Shown one piece after another: positions 1 to 11,479 of a stretch of DNA of 64,000 nt. The stretch's first letter is position 1, and the number at the start of each line of letters is the position of its first letter. The position numbers and the translations under genes were made by a program. Below the pieces are notes generated by a model. It did no database searches, was not told the DNA's origin, and saw only the letters and a list, made by a program, of their open reading frames with translations. Source of the stretch: Psammoneis japonica (taxonomy: Eukaryota); NCBI GenBank assembly GCA_008632985.1, contig QPGO01000008.1, positions 352,979 through 416,978 on the forward strand, in the 5' to 3' direction.

Positions 1-940
1 CCTCGTCGACACGAGGGAGTGTCACGGTCAGCGTACGACGTGCAGACGGACAGACTGTACCTCGTAGAGAACAGCTCGTGCTGACTCAGTGGGATGATGT
101 CGAAGACACCTCTGAAGTGACTGACGTGGATAGATCATAGACCGCAGAAGCAGTGAGCCTCTAAAGCTCACAATGTCTTCACAAGACACAGCTCCATTTT
201 CACAGACATGTGCCAGTCTTGCAATTTCTGCAAAATGTCTTTCAACAAACTGCAGCGCCAGTCACTTGACAATGTGCAAGAGGGTTGTGGTGCTGGTCTT
301 CTCACTTGAGCTCCTCAGCTTCAGAAAAAAATGCTGCGCTGCATGATTTGAAGCAAAGTTGATTTGTGATGACACCAACCGTCTCATGGCAACAAGGCAG
401 TTGAAACAGATTGACCCCTTGACATGCTCCAAAGATTCTTGGCTGCATGGCTTTCCCCTTCACTTGTGTGGCTGGGAGTGTGAAAATGGGCACAATGGCT
501 GAGCTCTTGCAGCAGAACAAGGCATGACCTTCTGGGTCTTGGCATGTCAAAAAACAAGATCTGTTGTTGAGAAAGCCAAAAAACAATGCTCAAACATTTG
601 AGTGCTGCTGAGCCAACAGCAGGTTGGGAAACTGAAGAAACAAGAAGAACTTCAGAAAGATTCTTGTCAAGAAAACTTCAGAAAGATTTTTGTCAAGAAG
701 CAGACAAAGTGCAAGTGCTTGATGCAGAAGAAGCCAAGGAGCACTCTGTGGCAGATGACAACAAAACAGGAGAAGAAGAGCCTCTTGGTTTTTGAACTTG
801 GACAGCAGCTGGTCAACATCAAAAGTGCTGTTTGTGGGAACAGGCCATGTGCAATTTTAAAAGCAGGGCAGCACCCAGAAGCAGTCAGCAAAGCATGCAA
901 GTTGCCACAAGAAAATGTTCTACAATGTGCAGCTCAGTGC

Positions 941-1499
941 AGGATCCGAGTGTTGACTCAGCAAATGACCGCTTCGGACTGGATCTCAATTGCAGTGTGC
1001 ATGCAGACAAAAGGTTATTTTGTCACGCCCTTTGTGACATTTGAAGGCTGCAACACGTCGCCGTGATGCATCAACTCTTGTTAGCAGCTGTGTGTTGCAC
1101 AGTTGATCCCAGTCAAGAACCACTGAGAAGTGACAAAACCTTGTGACACTTGGGAGACTCACAGAGCAGAGCATTTGGTGCAAGCTCTGCTCCACACAAG
1201 GGGGGGGTGGGAGAAACCCAAACCCTCCGCAGGGTCCTGCACCAGTGCAGGGGCTCTTCCGGAAATTCAACGGAGCACTGGCACCTCGGGCGTTTTCGAG
1301 AGCCAACCCCCAGTGGCACACCCTTCGGCATTTCGCGACGTTGGGCAGCAACTGGGGAGTGAAGTGAGCACCTCGAATGAAGACACGCCAGACCAAGTTT
1401 TCCCGCACAAAAACCAAAGCCGTCAAAGGTGTTGTGCTGCGTTGCAATCCCAGACCTCGTCTTGTCGACTCCCGAGGCCGAATGAGACGGGTCGAGCTC
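941..1499 (-). repeat. Split direct repeat B2 (contains a 113-bp insertion at 993-1105)
   Basis: Aligns by eye to 1768-2212 from aggatccgag to gggtcgagctc. Confidence 0.95.
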
Positions 1500-1523
1500 T
1501 GGTCCCAGGGTGTGGTGGGTGGG

Positions 1524-1770
1524 TAAAAAGAAGAATGCATTTCCGAGCTTGAGTGATCCAGTCACGATGATCAGGGTTCCTGTTCCAACAAAGCTGGAAA
1601 AGTGAGAGAAAAGAAAACCGAAGTTTGACCGGTCACAGTCAGAAGACCAGACTGAGTCATCTTGAGTCGGAAGTGCCCCACTTCCGTCGCGGATCCAGCG
1701 AGAGGTCATGGTCATCGAGCGAGGTCGGTTTGAGTCAGTCCGTCTCCATCTAAACTTGGGTGCGAGGAGG
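1524..1770 (-). repeat. Split direct repeat A2 (247 bp)
   Basis: Ungapped match to 9984-10230 (taaaaagaagaatgc...gggtgcgaggagg), offset 8460. Confidence 0.95.
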
Positions 1771-2212
1771 ATCCGAGCACTGACTCAGCAAACGACCGCT
1801 TCGGACTGGACCTCAATTGATCCTAGTCAAGAACCACTGAGAAGCAACAAAACCTTGTGACACTTAGGAGACTCACAGAGCAGAGCATTCGGCACAAGCT
1901 CTGCTCCACACAAGGGGGGGTGGGAGAAACCCAAACCCTCCGCAGGGTCCTGCACCAGTGCAGGGGCTCTTCCGGAAATTCAACGGAGCACTGGTGCCTC
2001 GGGCGTTTTCGAGAGCCAACCCCTGGCAGCACACCCTTCGGCATTTCGCGACGTTGGGCAGCGACCAGGGAGCAAAGTGAGCACCTCGAACGAAGACATG
2101 CCAGACCAAGTTTTCCCGCACGAAAACCGAAGCCGTTGAAGGTGTTGTGCTGCGTTGTAATCCCAGACCTTGTCTCATCGACTCCCGAGGCCGAATGAGA
2201 CGGGTCGAGCTC
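1768..2212 (-). repeat. Split direct repeat B1 (445 bp)
   Basis: Match to 941-1499. Confidence 0.95.
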
Positions 2213-2332
2213 CAATCCCCCCCGATGAGAATCCTGGGCAGTGGCCACCAAAAATGTCGATCCGGAGAGCAGGAAGCTGGAAGACTGTTCTCCGGGGACC
2301 CAACGTTGCCAAGGGCTCGCGACCGTCCCGAG

Positions 2333-3991
2333 TCACATGGCCTTAGTGTGACGCAGGAATGATGGCAAAAGAAGGGCAATGTTGGCACAGTGCTGGCGCA
2401 TTTTGTGCGTGGGTCGTGCCGCACCTGATCTTTCCTTCTTCTTCCAATGGTTGACAACGTCAATGTCATCTTCCGACACCTTCTGAGCAATGGCACGCGA
2501 GTCCGAACCCCGTCTGAACGAACGACTCACATCACACTTGTCCTGCACATCAGAGAACGAGGTGATGTCCACTGCGAACAGGCTTGGGTGGTCCTCACAA
2601 ATGTCTCCCAAGACTTCATGCAAGAAAACGTTGAGCTCTTTTGTAGATGAGACCTCTCCCGCCACATTTGATGTCGCTGGTCCACGCGTGCGCCGATGAT
2701 CCCAGTGTAATGAGACCACCGTTTCGACCCAAAAATGAAGGTTGACACCTGAGCTGGTGACATTGACACTGGGGAGGAGGTGCTGCCGCTCCCCATGCTC
2801 TCCCTTGACTCGGCCCAAAAGAGGGACGACAACATAATCCGCATGTCTTGGGAGGTGTCTGACAAGAGCCCCCAAGTCCACAAGTGGGCCTTCGGGACCC
2901 CGAAGAGACAAGATGCAACCAGCCGCAAAGTGCAATCCGCGTGCAAGGCAAATAAATCTCTCCGCCTCTCCTGGGGCTCGGAGGGCCCTCTCCTTGACCC
3001 GAGGCAACAGATGTTGCATGACGTCGACCGACATCGCTCTGTCAGGCCTCCAGTCTTGGCCCATCCGTCTTTTGCATCCGGTCATGAATCGCTGGAACCA
3101 CAGAGAAGCACACGGGTCTTCGCATGTGCGCAGATGCTGTTTGCCTTCCAAATCCCCCAATGCCAAAGCTCGCGAATTAGCCTCCGCCGATGCGCGTGCC
3201 TGGTTGGAGCAAGCAGTGCGCAATTTTCGGATCGTGTCAAACTGAGTGTACAATTCCGAGTGTTTTCCCGCCGCCGTCGAAGCCAAGACGATCTGCACAG
3301 CGACTTCATGTCCACAGTGATCACAGGGCGGGAGAGGACCCGGCTCGAGGTAAGGCCCCGTTAGGCCCAGACGCTCAGACAAGGCTGGGCCCCTCCCAAC
3401 TCTCGACGCGTTTGCTTCGACTGTTGTCGATTCCCTGCTCCAAAACGCGTCCAAAATCACTCTTCGAATGCACGCTAGAGCAACCTCGTCTTGAGGTGAT
3501 GAAGGCAAGGCCTCCCTCTGGTGAAGCTTGTGAAATGCACAGGTGTCACACTCAAAGGCAACCACAAGATGATCCCCTGTGCGAGCCCGTACAAACTTGT
3601 TTTTGTCTTGAGGCTTCCGACACCAAGCATTGTCGTCCAGCCTTGGGCGGTTCCCCCCGAGAGATTGCGCATTGTCGTTTTGAGGGTCGTCCTCCAGAGT
3701 CCCCCCCAGATGGAAAGTCACGCTTTCTCTCGAAGTGTGGCACCCTGGACACCATGCCTTCCGACATGCCGGCCAGATTCCCACACTGTGCACAAAATTT
3801 GCGCAAAACATTCCTTTCGTCCACCGCAGCATCCGGCCACACTCGACGCAGGGACCGCTCCATTGCATGCATTTTTGGGGTTCCCCGAAGCTGCCAAGGG
3901 CTGCAGGAGACAAACGGAAAAAGAAGGCCAGTTGGCAAGGGCTCGAACATGTCACCTTTCCAGAACAACCTTGATCCAGCCGGGACAGCAA
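2333..3991 (-). pseudogene. Tyrosine recombinase of the retroelement; expected catalytic Tyr replaced by Cys
   Basis: Motifs LSLRGPEG, SRSFRRGSDSRA and NHWKK, plus MRQHCAN where the nucleophile Tyr is expected (codon TGT). Overlaps the 3' end of pol in another frame, as is usual for DIRS-order elements. True start uncertain. Confidence 0.85.
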
Positions 3992-6900
3992 ACACTGGGT
4001 CCGCCGCCTTGTGCAACTGTTTCTGCCACTCCGGAGTCATCAAACGCGGGCAGATGAATGCATGGAACGATGTCTGGCGCTTGATCCTTGCGATCCGGAG
4101 CTCTTCTAGGGCCGCTCTCGCCGCGGCTGGAGGTGGGGCCCAGACCCAAGTGCCCGATCTGAAACGGGGCATTTCGACAGCTTTGCAGGCTGGGCAGCTC
4201 CACCCCGCAATGTCGTGACCCTTCTGACACCAATCCAAGGGGGTCAGCAGTTCTGGAGCTGGAGTTCCAGCCCAAGATTGAACCCACGCAAAGAGAGCAG
4301 CCGACCGAGTTGTGGCTCCGAGATGGAGAGGGACAAACGAAAGCATCTTGGCTCCGTTCATGACACCCTTGGTCAAGACTCCCCTAGAAACTCCGTCTGC
4401 ACCCTGAGCTGTCATCCGTCCCCCTGAGACATGCACGAGATGTGGCCCAATCCCACACTCAGCCTCCAAAGTTTTCAAGCGAATGACCTGCTCAAGCAGC
4501 AGAGGGCTGGACGAGGTGCCCTTGCACCAAGCCATTTCAGCAACTGAGTTGTCCGTAAAAAAGAACAAACACGCGCCGGTCAATTCCCCCTGCTCCCCAA
4601 GTTCTTGGATGGCGTCCACCGTGTTGGATGGCTCTTTCCAGTTGGAGGAGTTCCCCAGTTCATCATCGCCCCACACACCGATCCAAAAGACAATGGTTCC
4701 GTCCGCTGCTTCCAGGGAGGTCCCAAGGCCTTTTCCAGATGCATCGCCAAAGCCACAGAGGACAGTGACAATCTTTGAGGACCTGAAGACAACCGCAGAA
4801 GGGGTCGGAGACTCCTTGACGCGGGACACAGCAGTCAAATCCATGAACAAACGTGGGACCGCCGTGACCTGCGGAGGGGGGGGTTGATCCCTTAGACCCT
4901 CAGCAACCTCTGACGGGTCAAGGCCCTGCTTCTCAGCGAGGTGGTGAATCCAGCTTGCGAACTCTTTCGCAGTCATCGCCCAACCATCCTTCTTTCGATT
5001 TGGTCACCAGGAGTCGAGGGTCAAATGGACTCCTTTGAGGAATGGTGTTAGAAAGGGGCAAGTCATTGCAAGGTGGACTAGAAACCCCCTCTTCTGCTCC
5101 AGATCCTCAAAGTCAAATGTGGGAAGGAAGCCCGCCGAATGCCCGGCACAAAAACCTGGCAGTTCTGCGATGACACCCTTGGCTTTGTCCCATTTGGCCT
5201 GGGAAACTGACTGGGTGACATCCCCATCAACAACTCGGAAAATGGTGCCAGCCCAGGCTCCGGTCTCAACCTGCAAGGGGGGGCGCACCTTCCGGGCAGC
5301 ATTCTGCAGTCCAAGACACTGCAACCGCGAGGCCATTTGGTGAGCAACTTGCCAAGCGGATTCCTCACTAGCCCCCATTCCACGCAAGTCATCAACGAAT
5401 GTTTTAATGTCGCCAGCAATTTCCTTGTGATGAGAATTCCACTTCATCACGAATGGTTTCTCCGTCTGGAAGTTGGGATCCCCTGGCAAGTTTAGGAGCA
5501 GCTTGTCGCATCCCATGATGTTGGAGACTCGGTTTGGATCGCCTCTGGCAATCTCATCGGCCCAATAAAATGCCCGCACCACCAAGCAAGGGCTGGGCCG
5601 CATCCCCACAAACAGACGGTTCCAACGCTCGAACCAGAGCGTGCCCGTCGAGGTCGACTCCTGGGATGCAAGATGTGGTTTGAGAGGCATCAAGTCGATC
5701 CCCGCATGTGGTCGAATGTTGGGATCCATGAAGAAGTTTAAAAACATGTCGCCCAGGTCGAGATCCACGGAAAAGGCAGCATGAGTCATGCACCCCAGAA
5801 CCGACGCAGGAGTGGGCAAGAAAAAAGAGGGTGCCCAGAGGGCATCATTTGACCCCGAAGAGGTCCCGTTACAAACCATTCGTACGTCTTCAACGATTTC
5901 CACCAAACGACCATTCTGGGGTTCCACACGGACGGTTTTTGGGACCCAAAAATGGTCGGTTGGACTGACCACCCTCCCACGATGGACCCAAAAATAATCG
6001 GTTGGACCAACCACCCTCCCACGATGGATGTAACCTTGGTCTCGGACCTTTTGCATCTTGTCCACCATCCTAAGAATCTTGTGCTCGGCCTTTGACAAAT
6101 GTCTGGATCCCATCTCGAGCCCCCACCCGCTGTTCCGGAGTGGGCCACTGCCAGAACAAAAGAGAAGAACCTCGGTCCCAACTCCACCAGGAGCTGTCCA
6201 ACACTTGCGCTGATGCCTCAGCCCCAAGGTGTGTGTCTAGAAGCAAGGGTGGGAGTGGAGGGTGGCGGTGAACCCCCCCCTGAAGACGCCCGGTAGCGTC
6301 CCCAAAACGCCGGCATTGTGTCGCCAGCATGGCGACCCAAGTCGGACCACATTCCCGGTGCAGATGGCCTGGAAAGGACTGAAGGGTCCTTCGCCACCAC
6401 CATGGGTGCGCCAAGTCCCAAAGGGCTGGCAAAACCTTGCCAAATCCCGGGAAAAGCAAAGTGATCCTCTCATCCCACAACCGGAAAGGAGGGGCCGCCG
6501 CATCCCCCTTTGCAGCTTTCGCCGTCATGAGGGATGCGTCGATCCAAGTGTGGGGTAAATGGCGCCTGAGAGTCGGTGGCCACGTTCCGGCTGGGTGGAC
6601 CGGGACCCCAACCTCCGTGTTGTCACACACCACGCCCCCAGGTTGTGACGAATCCCGGGGCGTGTGATCAACAAATGCCTCCACAAAAAGTGTGAGGAGA
6701 TTCAACGGAACAAGAGGAAATCCCCGCTCGAAAGCCCGATGCACCTGAGGCATTTGGAAACGCAGGGGAAAATCCCAGGCTGCCAATGTCTCATCCACAG
6801 ACAGTGTGCGGGTGACCCAACCTGTCAGCGACCAATGCGATGGGCACACGACTGGTCAGGTCAAAAACTGTGGGTTGAGATGGTCGCCCTCATTGTAAAA

Positions 6901-7437
6901 TTCCCCACTCGGGTGTTGTGGCGATGGCGACCCAGGTGGCTTGTAGTCGATGATGTGCCCAATGGACCGTCGCAGGCCTCCATCAAAGACCGGTGCAGGA
7001 ACCCCCCGCCAGAACAGTGCAGTCCGAAAGGAAGTGACACCGCCCACCACCGCATGTGCAATGTCCCGCCGCTGCAACTGGTGCAAACCCAGAAGACTGC
7101 GCCGCGAAACCGCTCCCACAGGGATCACAATCAAAGATCCCGACCGCATTGCATGAGCTGCGGACTCAAGGAACGAGGGTGGGCCCGACACGAACACAAC
7201 ATCAACCCGCCTGGCCAGTTGTTCCACACTTGCCCACGAGACCCGTGCCAAGGAGGCGTTCAACTGGTTCTGGAACAGCTCCGCTGATGGAGAACCCCAG
7301 TGGGACCTGGCAATGTCGTCGCAGCAGCAACAAACAGCAGGCCATTCCCTTGGTCTCAAGGACAAGAGCCAGATTGGGGGACCAGAGGCGAGAATCAAGC
7401 AAGCTCCCTGAAAACAGAAGGCTTTTCTGCCCCGCAT
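3552..7437 (-). pseudogene. pol: DNMT-like N-terminus, reverse transcriptase and RNase H; two in-frame TGA stops and one frameshift
   Basis: ORFs 6856-7437 and 6070-6849 share a frame (TGA at 6856-6858). Frameshift near 6100. RT motifs DLDLGDMFLNF, GMRPSP, TFVDDLR. TGA at 5004-5006 is in frame with 3552-4976, which carries RNase H motifs GFGDASGKG, SSNWKE, FTDNSV, ADGVSRG. Confidence 0.88.
5942..6025. repeat. 42-bp in-frame tandem duplication inside RT
   Basis: ggacccaaaaatggtcggttggactgaccaccctcccacgat / ggacccaaaaataatcggttggaccaaccaccctcccacgat. Confidence 0.95.
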
Positions 7438-7509
7438 GATGTGCCTTGGGTTGTTCGGCCTGTCGAACGAGACCTGGTGCTCCCCTGCATCCTCCGTTCC
7501 CCATGAATT

Positions 7510-9567
7510 TCACTTCTTGCTCTCCAGAGCCTCAAGCCGCCGAGTCAGGTCCTTAATCTCCGTTCGCAATTTGCCCAGATCGACGTGCGCCGAGTCGCCT
7601 CGGGCCTGGGCTGACTTCGCCTCTGAGCTGGCGTTCTTGGCTTTCTCTGTTGGTGTCAGTGCCAAAGATTGCAAATCCGTTGCCACCTCGAATCCTGAGT
7701 TTGCAGCCAGGAACTTGACGTGTTCCGACGCCATAGAAGGGTGGTCGGCAAATCCTAGAGACGTGCACTCTGCCACAACATCGTGGGTCTGAAACACCGC
7801 CCACAAAGTCTTGCTGCACACTGCATCTGGGTCCGTCCCGGAAATGGAGGTAAAAACCCCAGAGCACGCCTTGTGGATGTCCTCGAAAATGCGGTGAGTC
7901 AATTTGGCAGTCAAGGACCACGCTTGCTTCTTGGAGAACTTGCTCAGGTCGGTGAGTGATGCACAAGTGGAGTCTATAAACTGAATCAGCGCCCAAAGAA
8001 ATGCCACCAATTTCGACAATGCGTCCCGGACCACCTGACTTTCAAATGTTCCCGGTCTGATGCGTTGGTTGATGTCTTCCATGATGTCGCTCTCTGTCGC
8101 GGTGATCTTCCCCTCAATGAAGTGCTTTGTTCCGACATTCCCCGAAGACCAGTGTTCGTGGGTCTCGATTTTATCCAAGCAAGAGGGGTGCAAACCCAAG
8201 GTCTGAGACGATTTTGCAGATCCTGAGTCGAAGATCCGAGGCATGCGACATTGGAAGCCCGCCAGAGTTCGCGTGTCTTCCTCGGTGGCGATGTTTGTGC
8301 TCATTTGCTTGGCCCACTGAGACAAAAAGTGATGCAGAGCGGTGGGCTCGATCCCCTTAATCCGGTCCAAGAGCAAGACGACATCAGCCAAGCACCCGCG
8401 TGCCCTCAAGGGGAAATGCTGTGTCATCCAAGCTTGACACTCCTCGCAGGTTGATGCGCCAACCCCCGAGAACTTGATGGCAGACTTGTCTGACTTTGCA
8501 CGCAACTCACTCACAGCGCGGTCTGGGCGTGTGAGGCATGCTTCCACGGACCCTTGATCGAATGAAGCGCCGGGAGGTGCAAACCCCGAACCAAACTGGG
8601 ACTTGATCGACCTGACCTTTGAGGTGAGCTGCGCACAAACACGAAGCATGTCATTCTTCATGTTTTCCAGATCCGCGCGGCTGGCCGTCGATCCCATCCG
8701 ATCTTGCACGTGTTGGAACTTCTCATTGAAAGTTCTCACCAGATTGTTGGATTGGTTTCGCCAACCCGTCTCCACTTGTGTGACACACTCGACCAGGTCC
8801 AGAGATTGGGTTCCGGTTTCCCGGGATGAAACGTTCGCCAGCGTGCCCCAAAGAGCAGGGGCGAGTGGCGCCTCATCAAACCCCTGGGTCGGTTCCCCGA
8901 GAGACGCGTCGAGTTGATCCAGCTTCCGGCTTAGAATCTCAATCACAGACTCCACAGCGTGGAATCGCCTGCCAGCTTTGTCGCCAAAGTCGGCCAGTGC
9001 TTCCCCGGCTTGCCTCAACCCATCCTCGGTCAATTGGACCACACGGGCCAACGCGGACGGACTTTCATTTGCCGCCAGGAACTGCGCCGGGGTGGGGAGC
9101 ATTTGTTTCTCGTGCGGCGTGAACCTCTCCAGAACGGCATCCTCTTGAAGGGTTGACGGTTCCGGCCACTGCTTCCGAGCCGGTGTCTTGAACTCGGCCG
9201 CCCTTTCATGCTCCCTCAGAGTGGGTTCGACCTCGTCCTTGGTGGAAAAGGGCTCACCATTGCCCAGAACCAAGAATTTTTGCCGCCAACCGGCCAGTGC
9301 ATCCGACTCGGCTTCCCACTTGACCAACACTCCACCAGACATGTTTTCGCCATTTAAGATGGGTTGGCAAAAACCCGTGTCCGGGGACTTGAGGATTGCT
9401 GCCACACCCAACGCCAGAACACTCATCTTGCTGCCCTCATGCCTCACATTGCACTTGCTTGCCTTCTTGAGACAGAAGGTGGCTCCTCCACCCTTGATCC
9501 CCAAGCACCGAGGTGCCCCAATGGCCTCCAGCCAGGTGATTCGATGACGAGGCACATGCGAGGACAA
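7510..9567 (-). CDS. ORF1 (gag-like) of the YR retrotransposon, 685 aa
   Basis: Long ORF directly upstream of pol inside the split repeats; Cys/His N-terminal cluster and C-terminal coiled coil (LRTEIKDLTRRLEALE). Confidence 0.75.
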   Translation of the reverse strand: MSSHVPRHRITWLEAIGAPRCLGIKGGGATFCLKKASKCNVRHEGSKMSVLALGVAAILKSPDTGFCQPILNGENMSGGVLVKWEAESDALAGWRQKFLVLGNGEPFSTKDEVEPTLREHERAAEFKTPARKQWPEPSTLQEDAVLERFTPHEKQMLPTPAQFLAANESPSALARVVQLTEDGLRQAGEALADFGDKAGRRFHAVESVIEILSRKLDQLDASLGEPTQGFDEAPLAPALWGTLANVSSRETGTQSLDLVECVTQVETGWRNQSNNLVRTFNEKFQHVQDRMGSTASRADLENMKNDMLRVCAQLTSKVRSIKSQFGSGFAPPGASFDQGSVEACLTRPDRAVSELRAKSDKSAIKFSGVGASTCEECQAWMTQHFPLRARGCLADVVLLLDRIKGIEPTALHHFLSQWAKQMSTNIATEEDTRTLAGFQCRMPRIFDSGSAKSSQTLGLHPSCLDKIETHEHWSSGNVGTKHFIEGKITATESDIMEDINQRIRPGTFESQVVRDALSKLVAFLWALIQFIDSTCASLTDLSKFSKKQAWSLTAKLTHRIFEDIHKACSGVFTSISGTDPDAVCSKTLWAVFQTHDVVAECTSLGFADHPSMASEHVKFLAANSGFEVATDLQSLALTPTEKAKNASSEAKSAQARGDSAHVDLGKLRTEIKDLTRRLEALESKK

Positions 9568-9983
9568 AGAAGACGCACCTTCCCTCTCCGACTCGACCGT
9601 GCCTCCGATGTCACCCGCTAAATCCCGCCCAAAGAAACCAACCCGAGACTAGTGGGTTTCCCTCTGAACCGGGCGGGATGCGTCTCCTTCCAAAAAAATG
9701 GTTCCTGGAGGGTGGGAAATGACTTCCCCTGGCTCCGCTCTGTCAATGTCCGACTGGGGATGACCACAACCCCCCGAAATGTCATCGCTTGTGCCTCGAG
9801 GATTTAAGCCCTCGTGACCCCCCCCTGACATGCAGCCCCAGAAGGGCGAGCCGGAGGAGAGGGAGCCGCCGGAGAGCTCGACAAGAAAGGCGAGACAACA
9901 TCCAACTCCAGTTGACGAGCCAAATCAACGAACGCATCATCCGAGATACCCGAGGCAAAGAAATCCAACATGACAAGGGAGAC

Positions 9984-10230
9984 TAAAAAGAAGAATGCTT
10001 TTCCGAGCTTGAGTGATCCAGTCACGATGATCAGGGTTCCTGTTCCAACAAAGCTGGAAAAGTGAGAGAAAAGAAAACCGAAGTTTGGCCGGTCACAGTC
10101 AGAAGACTAGACCGAGTCATCTTGAGTCGGAAGTGCCCCACTTCCGTCGCGGATCCAGCGAGAGGTCACAGTCATTGAGCGAGGTTGGTTTGAGTCAGTC
10201 CGTCTCCATCTAAACTTGGGTGCGAGGAGG
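9984..10230 (-). repeat. Split direct repeat A1 (5' terminus of the element)
   Basis: Match to 1524-1770. Confidence 0.95.
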
Positions 10231-11479
10231 TTGTCAACAACTGGTGGCTGTTGTCCAGCCAGACTCCCAAAGAAAGGCTCAGAAACACTTCTTGTGCATT
10301 TTTCTCCCTTGCAAGGGTTGCACTGCAGACAACATCAATGTGTCCACCAGCTGTGGTGCAGCTGGCAATCATCAACTTGTGTTTGCAGCTCAAATGAAGG
10401 GTTTTTGCAACACAGGTTTCCTCCAAAAACTGTCACAGCTTTGAAGCATCGCCATCTGCACAGAGAGAAGTGATTTGCAACAAGCCCAGAAGTTGTGTTG
10501 TTGAAGATTTGATGGGCACAAAGCTGTTGCTTTGCTGTTTTTCACACAACCACTGCGTTGTTGTTTGTGTCGGTTGGATGTTTGACTCTGGACACCACAA
10601 TGTGTTCCCTGTGAAAAGTTTGGCATGTTAGAGAGCTGATGTTTGGGTGACACACAAGATGAAGTGTCTTGCATGATGGACAATCTGTCTCAAAAGGCTG
10701 TGTTTGTTTTCAAGCTTTATTTTTCAAAGTTGGTTGGAAGGATTTGAAAATGTAAAACATGCAACTTGTGAGCTGGCAGCACACTGACACATTTGGTTTG
10801 CACACAACTGTCTGGCACCAGCCCCACTTGCTCTGTCAAAGTCAGGTCCCAAACAATGTGCTTCATCATTGCTTTCTTCTTTGTCTTCCAATTCCATCAG
10901 CTGGTCATTGTGTGCTTTGTTGCCTGGAAAGTCTTTCACACAACCAGTGGCTTTGACCAAATGCTTTGTGCAAGTCTCTTGCTTGTGACACACTCTTTCT
11001 TTAATCTTGCAGCTGGCCTCTTCAAAGCAGGCTTCACATTGCTGCCACAACTGCCAAGCACCTTGTCAGGATTTTGCAGCATTTTTAGATGCTCATCTGC
11101 TGCAAAGCTGTGCTTGCACAAGGCGACATTCTTTCCAAGAACAACCATGAGTGCCAACTCCAGTTTTGGTTCTTCCACACCAACAACTTCAACAGCAAAG
11201 GAGCACAAGCTGGTCTTTGAGAAACACTCCAGCAGGTGTTCACATTCTTGCAGGGCACCTGTGAGTTTTGAGCTTGGTGCCTTTCTGTGCTTCTGGATTG
11301 AGAGATCAGCTGGGACAGTCAGCAGCACCCATGTCAAGTGCCTTGTGCTTTGAAGAAAATTGAGTGTTTTCTTTTGTTGTCGTTGGGGCATGGTTGCTGG
11401 CACTTGGCATGCCCCAGTCTGCTGCTCAAGAGTGCTGGTGCAAAGCAAGGTGAGCACTTCTTACACTTGCCCAGGAGAA

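Larger units (their letters stand above)
941..10230 (-). mobile_element. Full-length Ngaro/PAT-type (DIRS order) tyrosine-recombinase retrotransposon, mutationally inactivated
   Basis: On the minus strand: repeat A1 (10230-9984), gag-like ORF, pol (RT/RNase H), YR, then B1 (2212-1768), A2 (1770-1524), B2 (1499-941). This is the split-direct-repeat layout of Ngaro/PAT elements. No long TSD; AGG is shared by both termini and the A2/B1 junction. Confidence 0.92.

Noticed and set aside
1..140. Open frame ending at TAG 138-140, possibly the 3' end of a gene
   Set aside because: Too short and truncated to support a call.
941..2212. B repeats as LTRs of an LTR retrotransposon
   Set aside because: No TG..CA ends, PBS or integrase; the layout is split direct repeats with a YR.
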